Part shown: one piece after another, positions 19,793 to 30,143 of the stretch | Position numbering within the stretch: position 1 is the first letter of the stretch | How the letters are laid out: each line of letters begins with the position of its first letter | Source: Patescibacteria group bacterium | Lineage (GTDB): Bacteria > Patescibacteriota > Patescibacteriia > UBA9934 | Assembly (NCBI GenBank): GCA_041666145.1 | Contig: JBAYHK010000001.1 | Location: 67,810 to 131,809, forward strand | Reading direction: 5' to 3' | Length of the DNA stretch: 64,000 nt | Notes under the pieces: model-generated | Told to the model about the DNA's origin: nothing | The model's input: the letters and a program-made list of their open reading frames with translations, nothing else | The model's database searches: none | Translations under genes and position numbers: made by a program

Positions 19793-22000
19793 ATGACACA
19801 ACACCCAACGTTCACCGTTGACTTCGGCGGCAAGCCACTCACTATTCAGATCGGAAAGTTCGCACGCGCATCAAATGGAAGCTGCACCGTGCAGTACGGA
19901 AACACCGTTGTTCTTGCAACCGTAGTCATGAGCAAAGACATTCGTCCGGGAATGGATTTCTTTCCGCTCATGGTCGAGTTTGAAGAAAGGCTCTACGCCG
20001 CAGGACGCATTAAAGGCTCCCGCTTTATTAAGCGCGAAGGCCGTCCAACCGACGAGGCCGTTTTAAACGCACGATTTATTGATCGTGCCATTCGCCCGCT
20101 CTTTGACGAACGCATACAAAATGACATTCAAGTCATCGTCACTGTTCTTGCATTCGACGGAGAGAATGACGCAGACATTCCTGGCCTTATCGCAGCATCA
20201 TGTGCATTGCATATTTCCGACATTCCGTGGAATGGCCCAATTGCTGCCGCTCGAGTAAATAGCATCGAAGGTCAACTCATCGTAAACGGCTCATATGCAC
20301 AACGTGAACTCTCAACATTCGACGTTGACGTTGCCGGTACGCCAGAAAAACTTCTCATGATGGAAGCAAGTGCAAACCAAGTCCCAGAGGCAGAAATTCT
20401 TTCCGCTATCGAGTTTGGCCAAACACAACTTGGTGGCATTATCGACTTATTAAATAAAATTCGCGCAGAGGTCGGAAAAGAGAAGATAGACCTGTTCACA
20501 CCAAAAACTGAAGCTGCAATTGCCGCATTGGCACACAAAGACGACATCATCGCCAAAGCAAAGACGATGACACTTCCTCTCATCGATGAACTTTTCTACA
20601 GCGCACCAAAAGCATCAAAGCTAGAGCGCGCAATCGCAAAAGATGAAATGAAAAAACGGCTCATCGACGCATGTAAAATCGCTGGAATGAACGATGACGA
20701 TATTCTCATCGCGAAAGGCACGGTTCGCAACACACTCGACGAAGAAGTCTCTCGACGAATCTTGGAGGAAGGGAAGCGTGTGGACGGACGAGGACTTGAT
20801 GAGATTCGTCCGCTTCTCTCTGAAGTCGCACTCCTGCCATGCGTTCATGGAAGTGGTCATTTTATGCGCGGCGAGACACAAGTTCTCTCGGTATGCACCC
20901 TCGGCGCTCCTGGAGACAAACAAACACTCGATGGTATGGAGCTGACTGGAGAAAAACGGTTCATGCATCACTACAATTTCCCTCCATTCTCCGTTGGTGA
21001 AGCAAAACCACTTCGTGGAACAGGTCGACGGGAAATTGGTCATGGCGCACTGGCGGAAAAAGCTATCGAGCCAGTTCTTCCAGACGCAGCAACATTCCCA
21101 TACTCAATCCGCGTTGTTTCGGAAGTTCTTGGTTCGAACGGATCAAGTTCAATGGGCTCAACTTGCGGAACAAGCCTTGCGCTTATGGATGCCGGCGTTC
21201 CGATCACAGCTCCAGTTGCAGGTATCGCTATTGGTCTTGCAAGCAATGGGAAGAAATACCAAGTGATTACTGATCTTCAAGATCTTGAAGACGGCATTGG
21301 TGGAATGGATTTCAAAGTCACCGGAACCGAGGCCGGAATCACCGCGATCCAGCTCGACACAAAAACCGACGGACTTCCACGCAACGTCGTTATTGAAGCA
21401 ATAACAAAAGCGCGAATCGCGCGCGTACAGATTCTCGATGTCATGAAGTCTGCAATCGCAGCTCCACGCCCAGAACTCGCACCAAATGCGCCAAGAATTC
21501 TTAGTCTTCGCATCAATCCAGAGCGCATTCGTGACGTTATTGGCTCTGGCGGAAAAGTCATTAATGAAATCATCGCAAAGACCGGCGTTACTGCCATCGA
21601 TATCGAACAAGATGGCTTAGTGATGATCACCGCCATAAATGGCGAAAGCGGAAAAGCTGCATATGACTGGGTTTTCAATCTCACCCGAGAAGTCGTCGCA
21701 GGCGAGCTTTTCGACGGAGAAGTGGTTCGTCTTATGGACTTTGGTGCATTCGTTCAAATCCTTCCGGGAAAAGACGGCATGGTTCACGTATCTGAGCTTG
21801 CGCCGTGGAGAGTAGAAAAGGTTAGCGACGTGGTAAACGTTGGTGACAAGGTGAAGGTTAAAGTTATCGAGATCGACGAGAAGGGTCGCGTGAACCTATC
21901 AATGAAACAGGCCGAAGGAAATAACTATACCGACGAAATGCGCGCAAAGGCGGCGCAGAAACCACAAGGCGCAAAACCAGCAGCAGCTCCACGACACTAA
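19793..22000 (+). CDS. pnp: Polyribonucleotide nucleotidyltransferase
   Basis: DFFPLMVEFEER, RREIGHGALAE, SNGSSSM and GMDFKV motifs; KH and S1 domains. Confidence 0.97.
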   Translation: MTQHPTFTVDFGGKPLTIQIGKFARASNGSCTVQYGNTVVLATVVMSKDIRPGMDFFPLMVEFEERLYAAGRIKGSRFIKREGRPTDEAVLNARFIDRAIRPLFDERIQNDIQVIVTVLAFDGENDADIPGLIAASCALHISDIPWNGPIAAARVNSIEGQLIVNGSYAQRELSTFDVDVAGTPEKLLMMEASANQVPEAEILSAIEFGQTQLGGIIDLLNKIRAEVGKEKIDLFTPKTEAAIAALAHKDDIIAKAKTMTLPLIDELFYSAPKASKLERAIAKDEMKKRLIDACKIAGMNDDDILIAKGTVRNTLDEEVSRRILEEGKRVDGRGLDEIRPLLSEVALLPCVHGSGHFMRGETQVLSVCTLGAPGDKQTLDGMELTGEKRFMHHYNFPPFSVGEAKPLRGTGRREIGHGALAEKAIEPVLPDAATFPYSIRVVSEVLGSNGSSSMGSTCGTSLALMDAGVPITAPVAGIAIGLASNGKKYQVITDLQDLEDGIGGMDFKVTGTEAGITAIQLDTKTDGLPRNVVIEAITKARIARVQILDVMKSAIAAPRPELAPNAPRILSLRINPERIRDVIGSGGKVINEIIAKTGVTAIDIEQDGLVMITAINGESGKAAYDWVFNLTREVVAGELFDGEVVRLMDFGAFVQILPGKDGMVHVSELAPWRVEKVSDVVNVGDKVKVKVIEIDEKGRVNLSMKQAEGNNYTDEMRAKAAQKPQGAKPAAAPRH

Positions 22001-22014
22001 ACTCAGCATTCTTT

Positions 22015-23238
22015 GTGGAACAGTTCCTTCATATCGCGCTCGCACAAGATCCCACCCGCCAAACATTCTGGCGGGTGGTTCGCGTTTTTGGTGCTATTTT
22101 CTGCGTCTGGATTGGCGTAATTGGCATATATCGCCTTCTATTCACTTGGAACGCCGTTGTTCCAATAGAACGCTCAACCCACATTCGAATCATAAAAACC
22201 GAAAAGAACATCGCAAATTCTCGAATTGTTACAAGAGGACTTGAGGTTATTCCCGGCATTCCCACGTCTATAACCGATTTTCTCAACCAAAGCTCACGAG
22301 TACTAAACATCAGCGTTGCCCATGACGGCACAGTCACCGTAATCCTCGATCGAAAAATCTCAGAAGCTGAAAGCGCTGCATTCGTCGGGTTTGGCGCGAG
22401 TGTATCAACGAGAAATAACGAAACGATTCTCACGAATGCATCGACAATTCCGGAGATTCGTCACAGCTTCTTTTCAGGTCTCGTTTCAACGCTGTTTCTC
22501 AATGACGATGGAATCATCACAACAACAGAAGGATCGTCAAATATCTCCGTCGACACAAATACAATTACCATCGATCATCTTGTTGCGCTTACTCCACCAG
22601 AGATCGACACGGTCATAACTGCAGACACGCTGTTATTCGCATCCTTCTCCCCGAAAGACATCGAGGGGCTAACAAGTAAAGTCTTTACGCAAAATACGCC
22701 AGGACTTCTTTCGCTCTTCACCGCGGCAACGCACAATGGCCTTTCCGCAATACTCCGCGGAACAACAGACTCTCTCCGTTACACATTTGCATTTCCAATA
22801 ACTGAAAACTCTCGAGAATACGTTAGCGAGATGTCACTTCGTGCTGCAGCAAAAGAACTTGTAGAAATTCCTTCCATTAACGGAATCGTCGACTATCTTA
22901 GCGACGGAAGCAGAACCATTGCACTTCGATCACGAGAAGAGGCGACTCTTGTTTTCCGAGATGAGTCACCATATCGATTCCTTACCGCTACGTCATTAAA
23001 CAACTCGGTGACTATGACAGAAACTCCTGCGTTCCTCACAATAAGCAACGACGCTTCTGCAACAAATCTCGCGACGCAACCACAGTGTCTCTCGAATGCG
23101 GTCGCATTTGTCACTCCAAAAGCACTACAAACTCTCTATCCAGAACAAATACTTTTTACTCCACAAACTTTTTTTAAGCTTTTTTCTCGCGCATCAGCCA
23201 TTGCGAGTTCGACGTCGATGACGCGCATGTGTTTATAA
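22015..23238 (+). CDS. Hypothetical membrane-anchored protein
   Basis: 407-aa ORF with a single N-terminal TM helix. Confidence 0.7.
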   Translation: MEQFLHIALAQDPTRQTFWRVVRVFGAIFCVWIGVIGIYRLLFTWNAVVPIERSTHIRIIKTEKNIANSRIVTRGLEVIPGIPTSITDFLNQSSRVLNISVAHDGTVTVILDRKISEAESAAFVGFGASVSTRNNETILTNASTIPEIRHSFFSGLVSTLFLNDDGIITTTEGSSNISVDTNTITIDHLVALTPPEIDTVITADTLLFASFSPKDIEGLTSKVFTQNTPGLLSLFTAATHNGLSAILRGTTDSLRYTFAFPITENSREYVSEMSLRAAAKELVEIPSINGIVDYLSDGSRTIALRSREEATLVFRDESPYRFLTATSLNNSVTMTETPAFLTISNDASATNLATQPQCLSNAVAFVTPKALQTLYPEQILFTPQTFFKLFSRASAIASSTSMTRMCL

Positions 23239-23302
23239 ATAAAATGTGTATAAAGAAATCGCGTATACTAAAAGCAGCTCTTTCTACAATCCCTTTGAAT
23301 GA

Positions 23303-23625
23303 TGAGGGGGAAATCTTCCGAAGCTTCATAAAGTTTCGGGAGGTACCTCACTGCTGTACGAGCATAAGAAGCATTGGGTGTCCGTGGTGAGACTGGAATG
23401 TACATTGCCAACCCACGCTAACCCGTTTGCTGGTAGAGCAGACAACTATGGAGAACGTCATTGCATGACGTCTGTGCGGTGTTGAGCACTGTTGATCATC
23501 CTTGTTATGATCGACCAATGCCCAACGCCCCCACAAGACCGATTCTCAATCTCCAACTCCCAAGCGGGCGTACCCAGGAATAAACTCTGCATCTTATGCA
23601 ATGTTCACAAGCCTGAAGGACGCCC
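23303..23625 (+). ncRNA. Candidate structured non-coding RNA or leader (family unassigned)
   Basis: At least seven stems in a ~320-nt intergenic stretch; G-U wobbles favour the plus strand. Confidence 0.5.
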
Positions 23626-23679
23626 TCTTGCTATTTTTACTCATCTTCTCTATCGTAAATAGATATTGTTAATAAACGT

Positions 23680-24048
23680 ATGAAAGCTGCATTCTTGAAA
23701 GAAATGGAAACCACTCTTCGAACAGAGCTTGAAAAGCTAACTGGCGAGCTTGAACGTGTTGCGCCTCAAGTCACAAAAACTGATGCTTTTGATGCAGACT
23801 ACAACACTCTCGGCGACAAAGAAGATGAGAGCGCAGACAAGGCCGCAGAGATTGGCGACAATCTTTCCTTAGAGAATGAACTTTCTTCCGCAGTTCGAGA
23901 TATTCATTCCGCACTGAAGGCAATCCAAAACGGAACATACGGAACGTGCAAATACTGCAAGCAACTCATCGATGAAGCGCGCCTAAAGGTAAGACCAACA
24001 TCAACATCGTGCGTCGCCTGTAAAAAAACTCTCACCCAAGAAATCTAG
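23680..24048 (+). CDS. DksA/TraR C4 zinc-finger protein
   Basis: ALKAIQNGTYGTCKYCKQLIDEARLKVRPTSTSCVAC. Confidence 0.92.
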   Translation: MKAAFLKEMETTLRTELEKLTGELERVAPQVTKTDAFDADYNTLGDKEDESADKAAEIGDNLSLENELSSAVRDIHSALKAIQNGTYGTCKYCKQLIDEARLKVRPTSTSCVACKKTLTQEI

Positions 24049-24088
24049 ATTTCACCACACATCGAGCGAAGAGCTCGATGTTTGATCT

Positions 24089-24547
24089 ATGCGAAAGAGC
24101 ACTGTCGTTCTCACACTTGGTGCAATATCTACCATCGCGCTCATCGATGGCGCCTGTAAATATTTCGCGCTCACAACGTTCTCCGATGGCTCTACGCGGA
24201 ATACACAATCAGTGATCGCCTTCGTTCTGCACAAAAATCCAGGCATTACATTCGACATTCCTATTTCCATTTTTATTCTTGCTCCGATAACTTTAGCGAT
24301 TCTCTTTGTTCTTGCAAAAAAGGCTCTGGAACTCAAAAAAGAACAGCCACTCATAGCACTTTCGATCGTATCGATAATCGTTGGCGCGACAGACAACTTC
24401 ATTGACCGAATCATTCATGGATTTACTACTGATTACATCATGCTTTTTCAAACATCCATCATCAATCTCGCAGATATACTCATTCTTGTTGGGGCGATAA
24501 TTATTCTCGTGTACTATAAAAATACTCCCCAAAAGCGACCCGCCTAA
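24089..24547 (+). CDS. lspA: Lipoprotein signal peptidase II
   Basis: NPGITF, GATDNFIDRIIHGFTTDYI and INLAD motifs. Confidence 0.88.
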   Translation: MRKSTVVLTLGAISTIALIDGACKYFALTTFSDGSTRNTQSVIAFVLHKNPGITFDIPISIFILAPITLAILFVLAKKALELKKEQPLIALSIVSIIVGATDNFIDRIIHGFTTDYIMLFQTSIINLADILILVGAIIILVYYKNTPQKRPA

Positions 24548-24564
24548 ATCCAAAGCTCCCCGCT

Positions 24565-26091
24565 TTGATTATGGGATCATTTTGCACACATTCAGCAGCG
24601 CTCTTTGGCTTATCCGTTACACCAGTAACCGTTGAAGCAGACATTTCTTCAGGACTACCGCGATTTCATATTGTCGGGCTTCCAGACGCTGCAGTCTCGG
24701 AAGCAAAAGAGCGCGTAAGAGCGGCATTGAAAAATTCTGGATTCAGTTTTCCGCGCACATCCGTTGTTATTAATCTCGCACCGGCAGACACCAGAAAACA
24801 AGGACCAGCATACGACCTTGCAATTGCGCTCGCGATTCTTGGAGCCCAAGGCGCGCTTCAAAACTCGGAGGCGATAGAGAAACACATCGTTCTTGGTGAG
24901 CTAAGTCTTGACGGCAGCATTCGCTCAATTCGCGGGGCGCTCCTTGCTTCTGCAATGACGAAACGCGAAGGATTTTCTGGCATCATCGTTCCGGAAGTAA
25001 ATGTCCTGGAGGCGCATCTCGTTGAACACGTGCCCGTCTTTTCCGCATCAACGCTCCATTCGCTCGTGGAATCTATCGAGTCTCGATCTTTCATCGAAGC
25101 TCCGAAGTCACATTCTGTCGCATTAGAGTCCATCGATACCGGTACTGATGACTTCTCGTTCATCGCAGGGCAAGCGCAAGCAAAGCGTGCTCTTGAAATT
25201 GCCGCGGCAGGAGGACATAACATCCTTCTTTCTGGCCCACCAGGAAGCGGAAAAACCATGCTCGCTCGAGCTTTTCGCTCCCTTCTTCCTCCTCCAACCA
25301 TCGAAGAGTCACTTGAAATTACTGCGATTCATTCTGTTGCGGGACTTTTGCCACGCACCGGTCGAATTGCAACGCGCCCCTTTAGAGCACCGCATCACAC
25401 CACAAGCGGAAGTGCACTTGTTGGCGGAGGTGCACAACCAAAGCCTGGAGAAATTTCACTCGCACATAGAGGAGTTTTATTTCTCGACGAATTTCCAGAA
25501 TTTTCTCGTGCTGTTTTAGAAAATTTACGACAACCGCTTGAAGACGGAACTATCACCGTATCGCGTGCAGCAGGAAGCGTAACGTTCCCTGCACGCTTCA
25601 TGCTCATTGGATCAATGAATCCCTGTCCATGCGGCTTTGTAAGCGACCCGGCAACCGCATGCACCTGCACACCAGGAACAATTCTTAAATATCAACAAAA
25701 AATCTCTGGCCCGCTTCTTGATCGTATTGATCTACGAGTCGACGTGCCCCGCGTCGCGTTCGACGAGCTTACTGCTTCGAAAGCTGAAGAATCATCGGCG
25801 GTAATTCGAGAACGAGTAACACGTGTTCGACTGCTTACCACTGAGCGCTATAAAGAATTCGGCATTTTTACAAACGCAGAAATCCGCACAAGCACACTCA
25901 AAAAATTCTGCATGCTCACCAACGATGGCCTTGCACTTATGAAGTCTGCCATGGATCGCATGCGACTTTCTGCGCGCTCTTACGGACGAATTCTAAAAGT
26001 TGCACGAACCATTGCTGATCTTTCACAAAACGAGATGATCCTTGCGGACCATCTCGCCGAAGCACTTCACTACAGAATTATCACAACCTAA
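24565..26091 (+). CDS. comM: ComM/YifB Mg-chelatase-like AAA+ ATPase
   Basis: IVGLPDAAVSEAKERV, GPPGSGKTMLA, PGEISLAHRGVLFLDE and NPCPCG motifs. Confidence 0.93.
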   Translation: MIMGSFCTHSAALFGLSVTPVTVEADISSGLPRFHIVGLPDAAVSEAKERVRAALKNSGFSFPRTSVVINLAPADTRKQGPAYDLAIALAILGAQGALQNSEAIEKHIVLGELSLDGSIRSIRGALLASAMTKREGFSGIIVPEVNVLEAHLVEHVPVFSASTLHSLVESIESRSFIEAPKSHSVALESIDTGTDDFSFIAGQAQAKRALEIAAAGGHNILLSGPPGSGKTMLARAFRSLLPPPTIEESLEITAIHSVAGLLPRTGRIATRPFRAPHHTTSGSALVGGGAQPKPGEISLAHRGVLFLDEFPEFSRAVLENLRQPLEDGTITVSRAAGSVTFPARFMLIGSMNPCPCGFVSDPATACTCTPGTILKYQQKISGPLLDRIDLRVDVPRVAFDELTASKAEESSAVIRERVTRVRLLTTERYKEFGIFTNAEIRTSTLKKFCMLTNDGLALMKSAMDRMRLSARSYGRILKVARTIADLSQNEMILADHLAEALHYRIITT

Positions 26092-27551
26092 CGAATGTAT
26101 TCCAATGGATTTCGATAATCACTTGAGCCATTCGGACCAATAACTTCAAAATGCAGATGTGTGCCGCTTGACCATCCTGTTGACCCACATCGCGCAATCG
26201 GTGTTCCCGCAGTAACAATCTGACCAGTGGTGACATAAAGTGAGTAATTGTGGCCGTATCGCGTCTGAAGACCATTGCCATGGTCGATAATAACCAGATT
26301 TCCGTATCCACCATTTGGGCCAGAGAACCTTGGACCAGCGAACGTCACAACACCGTCTGCTGCAGCATAATTATCGTCAGTCGATGTGCCATTTGCGTGA
26401 CCATTACAGTCAAGATCAACACCGGTGTGATACCAGCTCAGCCCCCGAACAACATAATGAGCGTCACTTGGCCAGAACATACGAGACGACGAGCTAACCG
26501 GAGCGGTTCCCGCTGTTTTTGGAGCTGGAACAAAAACATTTCGAATACTTGATGATGTCGGCTTCGCCGGAATAACTGCCGGAGGCGTCCCGCCAGGAAT
26601 CATTAACTTTTGCCCCACAACGATCGCGCTTGAGTCACTCAACAAATTCGCCGCAAGAATTGCAGATGACTCTGCGTGATACGTACTCGAAATCTTCGTA
26701 AGCGTATCTCCGCTCTTTACGGTATGTACAACTCCGGAAGTTTGAAGAATCGTTAATTCTTGTCCGAGCTTTAACACACTTCTCACCGACAAATTGTTTG
26801 CCCAGAGAACGGTGTTCACAGAAATTCCAAATCGAGAAGCAATGGTAGAGATCGTATCTCCCTCAGCAACAACGTATGTTTCAATTCCTTCACGAGGAGC
26901 AATACTTGCACTTGCGCTTGCAATAATCGGCACAGCTAAGGCGCCTCCACCAGCCAACGACGCCGAACTTGATATTGACGATGCATCATTGTCCATTGCA
27001 CCAAGCGGAACAGATAACGACGCAGAAGAAAGATAGCTCGTTGCACCGCTACGAAGCGAAGCCACGTCTGTATCTGCATATTCCTCAACAATAGGAGAGT
27101 CTTGTTGCGTAACCACCGCGTACGCAAGACTCTTATTAAACGCATCCAAAGTTTCCGCACGAACCGTATCCATGGAAAGGTTAATAACGGCAGTGCTCAT
27201 AACTACCGCAGCAATCGCAACGTGCATTACCGCACGATTCGTAAGAAAAAACATGACCCGATTTTTCGCCGGCCCATACCACGACGTCGCCTGACGACGA
27301 AACGCAAATCCAAGGCGATACACCGGAATAAAAACAACTGACATGACTACTTTCGCAATTGGCCGAAATACGACGGAGAAAAGCCGTAAAAATCGGAATG
27401 CAGACGCCTTCGCCCAAACAAGGGCGCGTACAACGAGCAATCCGCATCGCACAAAAAATTGAGAAAATTGGCTACTCACAGCAAGCGCATCATACCGTCG
27501 CCGCTCATTCAAGACAAGAAAATTTACACGTTTTTCGCAAATATTGGCCAT
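26088..27551 (-). CDS. LysM-repeat M23 family peptidase
   Basis: Two LysM domains; HTGVD, TRYGH and STGWSSGTHLHFEV motifs. Confidence 0.92.
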   Translation of the reverse strand: MANICEKRVNFLVLNERRRYDALAVSSQFSQFFVRCGLLVVRALVWAKASAFRFLRLFSVVFRPIAKVVMSVVFIPVYRLGFAFRRQATSWYGPAKNRVMFFLTNRAVMHVAIAAVVMSTAVINLSMDTVRAETLDAFNKSLAYAVVTQQDSPIVEEYADTDVASLRSGATSYLSSASLSVPLGAMDNDASSISSSASLAGGGALAVPIIASASASIAPREGIETYVVAEGDTISTIASRFGISVNTVLWANNLSVRSVLKLGQELTILQTSGVVHTVKSGDTLTKISSTYHAESSAILAANLLSDSSAIVVGQKLMIPGGTPPAVIPAKPTSSSIRNVFVPAPKTAGTAPVSSSSRMFWPSDAHYVVRGLSWYHTGVDLDCNGHANGTSTDDNYAAADGVVTFAGPRFSGPNGGYGNLVIIDHGNGLQTRYGHNYSLYVTTGQIVTAGTPIARCGSTGWSSGTHLHFEVIGPNGSSDYRNPLEYIR

Positions 27552-27607
27552 ATTATTGACCTTTTTTCACCAAACGCTATACTGTGCAAACTTGAATCAA
27601 CCCCCTA

Positions 27608-28896
27608 TGGCACACACCATTGAAACGACCGGCGAAAACATGGTTAAAGTCACAGTAACGGTTTCAAAAGAAAAGGTGGCGGAAGCAATGCAGGAAGCTG
27701 CAAAACATATTGCCGCAACAGTAAACATGCCAGGATTTCGTCCAGGAACTGCCACGTACGAAGTAGTAAAACAACGCGTTGGCGAAATGAAAATCCTTGA
27801 AGAGGCCGCAGAAGACCTTATTCGCGCATCCTTTGCGTCTGCAATGATCGACGAAGACCTCGACGCTGTTGGGGCACCGCATTTCAGCATGGACGTTATG
27901 GTTCCGGGCGAAGACCTCATTTACAGCGCAGAAGTTGCGCTCATGCCAAAAGTAAAAAAACTTGCAGACTATACAGCGCTCACCGTTACAAAAGAACCGA
28001 CCGAACCAACGCCAGAAACTATTGAGCAAGCAAAGGCGGACATTGCAAGAATGCAAACCAAAGAAACTCGCGCGCTTGCCGGGCACACACTGCAAAAAGG
28101 AGACAAAGCTGTTCTCAATCTCACCATGAAAAAAGGCGGAGTCGTTCTTGAAGGTGGCGAGAGCCAAAATCACGGCGTGTACACCAACGAATCTTATTAC
28201 ATCGACGGATTCGTCGAACAGATTCTTGGCCTTGCAGAAGGCGCAGAAAAAACATTCGCGCTCAAGTTTCCAGCAGATCATTATCAAAAACATCTTGCCG
28301 GCTCAGATGTCGACTTTACCGTGCGCCTCAACGAAATCTTTACTCTAGAAATTCCTTCAATCGATGATGAATTTGCAAAGCGCCTCGGACTAGACAACGT
28401 AGCAAATCTTGAAATCAAACTCAAAGAAAATCTTGCGCTCGAAAATGTCACAACAGAAAAGCGAAGACAAGAACGTGCATGTCTTGATCTTCTTGCAAGC
28501 AAATCCGAGTTCGATCAAATCCCAGACGTGCTCGTCAACCAAGAGATCGAACGAATGCTTCAAGAGCTTGAACATTCAATCGGTGAAAATGGGATGGAAT
28601 TAAAAGAATATCTGAAGTCCATCGGAAAGAGCGTTGCAGAAATAAAGCTCGACTTTACGCCAACTGCGCTTACTCGCGTAAAAATTGCTCTCCTCATTCG
28701 CGAAATCAGTAAAAAAGAAAACGTCACCATCGATGCAGCTCTAGTCGATGCCGAACTCGACAAGATTGCAGAACGCATGGGTGAAAACAAAGAATATCGT
28801 GATCGAGTTTACGAGCCAGAATATCGTGAGTTTGTAGAGTTCCAAATGCGTAACCGCGCAGTCGTCGACAAAATCATGGCAGCAATGGTGAAGTAA
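27608..28896 (+). CDS. tig: Trigger factor
   Basis: MPGFRPG signature, FKBP domain, FPADYQ-like motif; likely start MAHTIE. Confidence 0.95.
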
Positions 28897-28979
28897 CCCA
28901 GACATCAAACGGCCCCGACTCTCGTGTAGAGTCGGGGCCGTGAGTTTGTCGAAACGCTTCAATGGCCTCGACAGACGTC

Positions 28980-29186
28980 CTAATTTAGAGGAGTTGTTTT
29001 AGAAACAAGACCCGCGATACCAATTTGCAGGACCAAGAGCCCGAAAACTGGCAAGGACACGGATACGCATCCAAAAGACGCGATACTAGTTGATACGTCT
29101 CTTGGATCATAGACCCAGGAGCAGAAGATAAACGCGGCTAATCCAAGAAACACTAACGCCCAAAAACCGATTCTCTTGACCGTCAC
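28980..29186 (-). CDS. Small 2-TM membrane protein (cassette 1)
   Basis: 68 aa; SD GAGGTG; paralogous to the next two ORFs (Y-x-P loop, GIA.GL-like motif). Confidence 0.75.
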   Translation of the reverse strand: MTVKRIGFWALVFLGLAAFIFCSWVYDPRDVSTSIASFGCVSVSLPVFGLLVLQIGIAGLVSKTTPLN

Positions 29187-29313
29187 TATTCACCTCTCTT
29201 TTCATTACGAAGCTTGGTGGTTGTTTTCAGATCAAGCGCATCTTCGCAGTTTGTGCTTGAACGGGGAATAATGGCACAAATTAGCCAAAAGAACAAGACG
29301 ACGATTTGGGTGA

Positions 29314-29465
29314 AATATTGATCAGTTCCCAGAAGATTTCATGTTTGAGCTTACCGTAAACGAGTTGGAATCTTAAGGTGCCAAATTGGTACCTCAAGTT
29401 GGGGCGGTCAACGATTGCTCATTGATGATTCAGAAAAGCCGAAAATCGGTTTCAAGAAAAGATAA
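29314..29465 (+). pseudogene. ORF6N (KilA-N-like) domain gene remnant
   Basis: NIDQFPEDFMFELTVNELES [frameshift] LRCQIGTSSWGGQR [internal deletion] LLIDDSEKPKIGFKKR*. Confidence 0.75.
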
Positions 29466-29544
29466 TCAAACGGCCCCGGCTCTCGCGTAGAGTCGGGGCC
29501 GTGAGTTTTTTGGGCGTGCCGAAGGCCTCAATGGAAACCCTGAC

Positions 29545-29739
29545 TCATCTCCTTGGGGGGGAAAGGCAGAAACCCAAAAGACCAACAGCGATGCCCATGA
29601 GTCCGCCGAAAATGCCGATTACTCTCGTAACAAAGATCACCGCTGCATCAGAACTACCTACTGGCTCGTAAAAAGCGAAAGATACGAGCAACACGAGCCC
29701 AAAAAGAATCACCAGCAAATAACGGAATCTTCGACTCAC
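29545..29739 (-). CDS. Small 2-TM membrane protein (cassette 2)
   Basis: 64 aa; SD GAGGTG; FYEP...GIAVGLLG. Confidence 0.8.
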   Translation of the reverse strand: MSRRFRYLLVILFGLVLLVSFAFYEPVGSSDAAVIFVTRVIGIFGGLMGIAVGLLGFCLSPPRR

Positions 29740-29951
29740 AGTTCACCTCTCTCTTTCCACGGAGTTTGAAGGTTATTTTCAATTCAAGCCCATCTCCGTA
29801 GTTTGTGCTTGAACGAGGAATAATGGCACAAGTTAGCCAAAAGAACAAGGCTAAAATCATTCGAATGACATCAAACGGCTCCGACTCTCGTGTAGAGTTG
29901 GGGCCGTGAGTTTTTTGAAGCGTTTCGAATCTCTCGATAAGCACCCTGACC

Positions 29952-30143
29952 CTATCTTCTCGAACGAAACAGGCCGAAAAGGCCAACGGCAATGCCTACC
30001 AGCGAACTGAAGACGCCGAATACTTGCACGACATACATCGTCGCCACATCAGCCGAGCCATCTTTTGGCCCATAAAAACCAAAGAAGATAAGACACGCCA
30101 ATCCGCAAAGAATCAGCAACAAAGAACGGATTCCTCTAAACAT
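29952..30143 (-). CDS. Small 2-TM membrane protein (cassette 3)
   Basis: 63 aa; SD GAGGTG; FYGP...GIAVGLFG. Confidence 0.8.
   Translation of the reverse strand: MFRGIRSLLLILCGLACLIFFGFYGPKDGSADVATMYVVQVFGVFSSLVGIAVGLFGLFRSRR

Noticed and set aside
23303-23625. RNase P RNA, tmRNA or SRP RNA
   Set aside because: No GAGGAAAGTCC, no GGGG..TCGA/TCCACCA ends and no SRP CAGG..GAAGCAGC loop on either strand.
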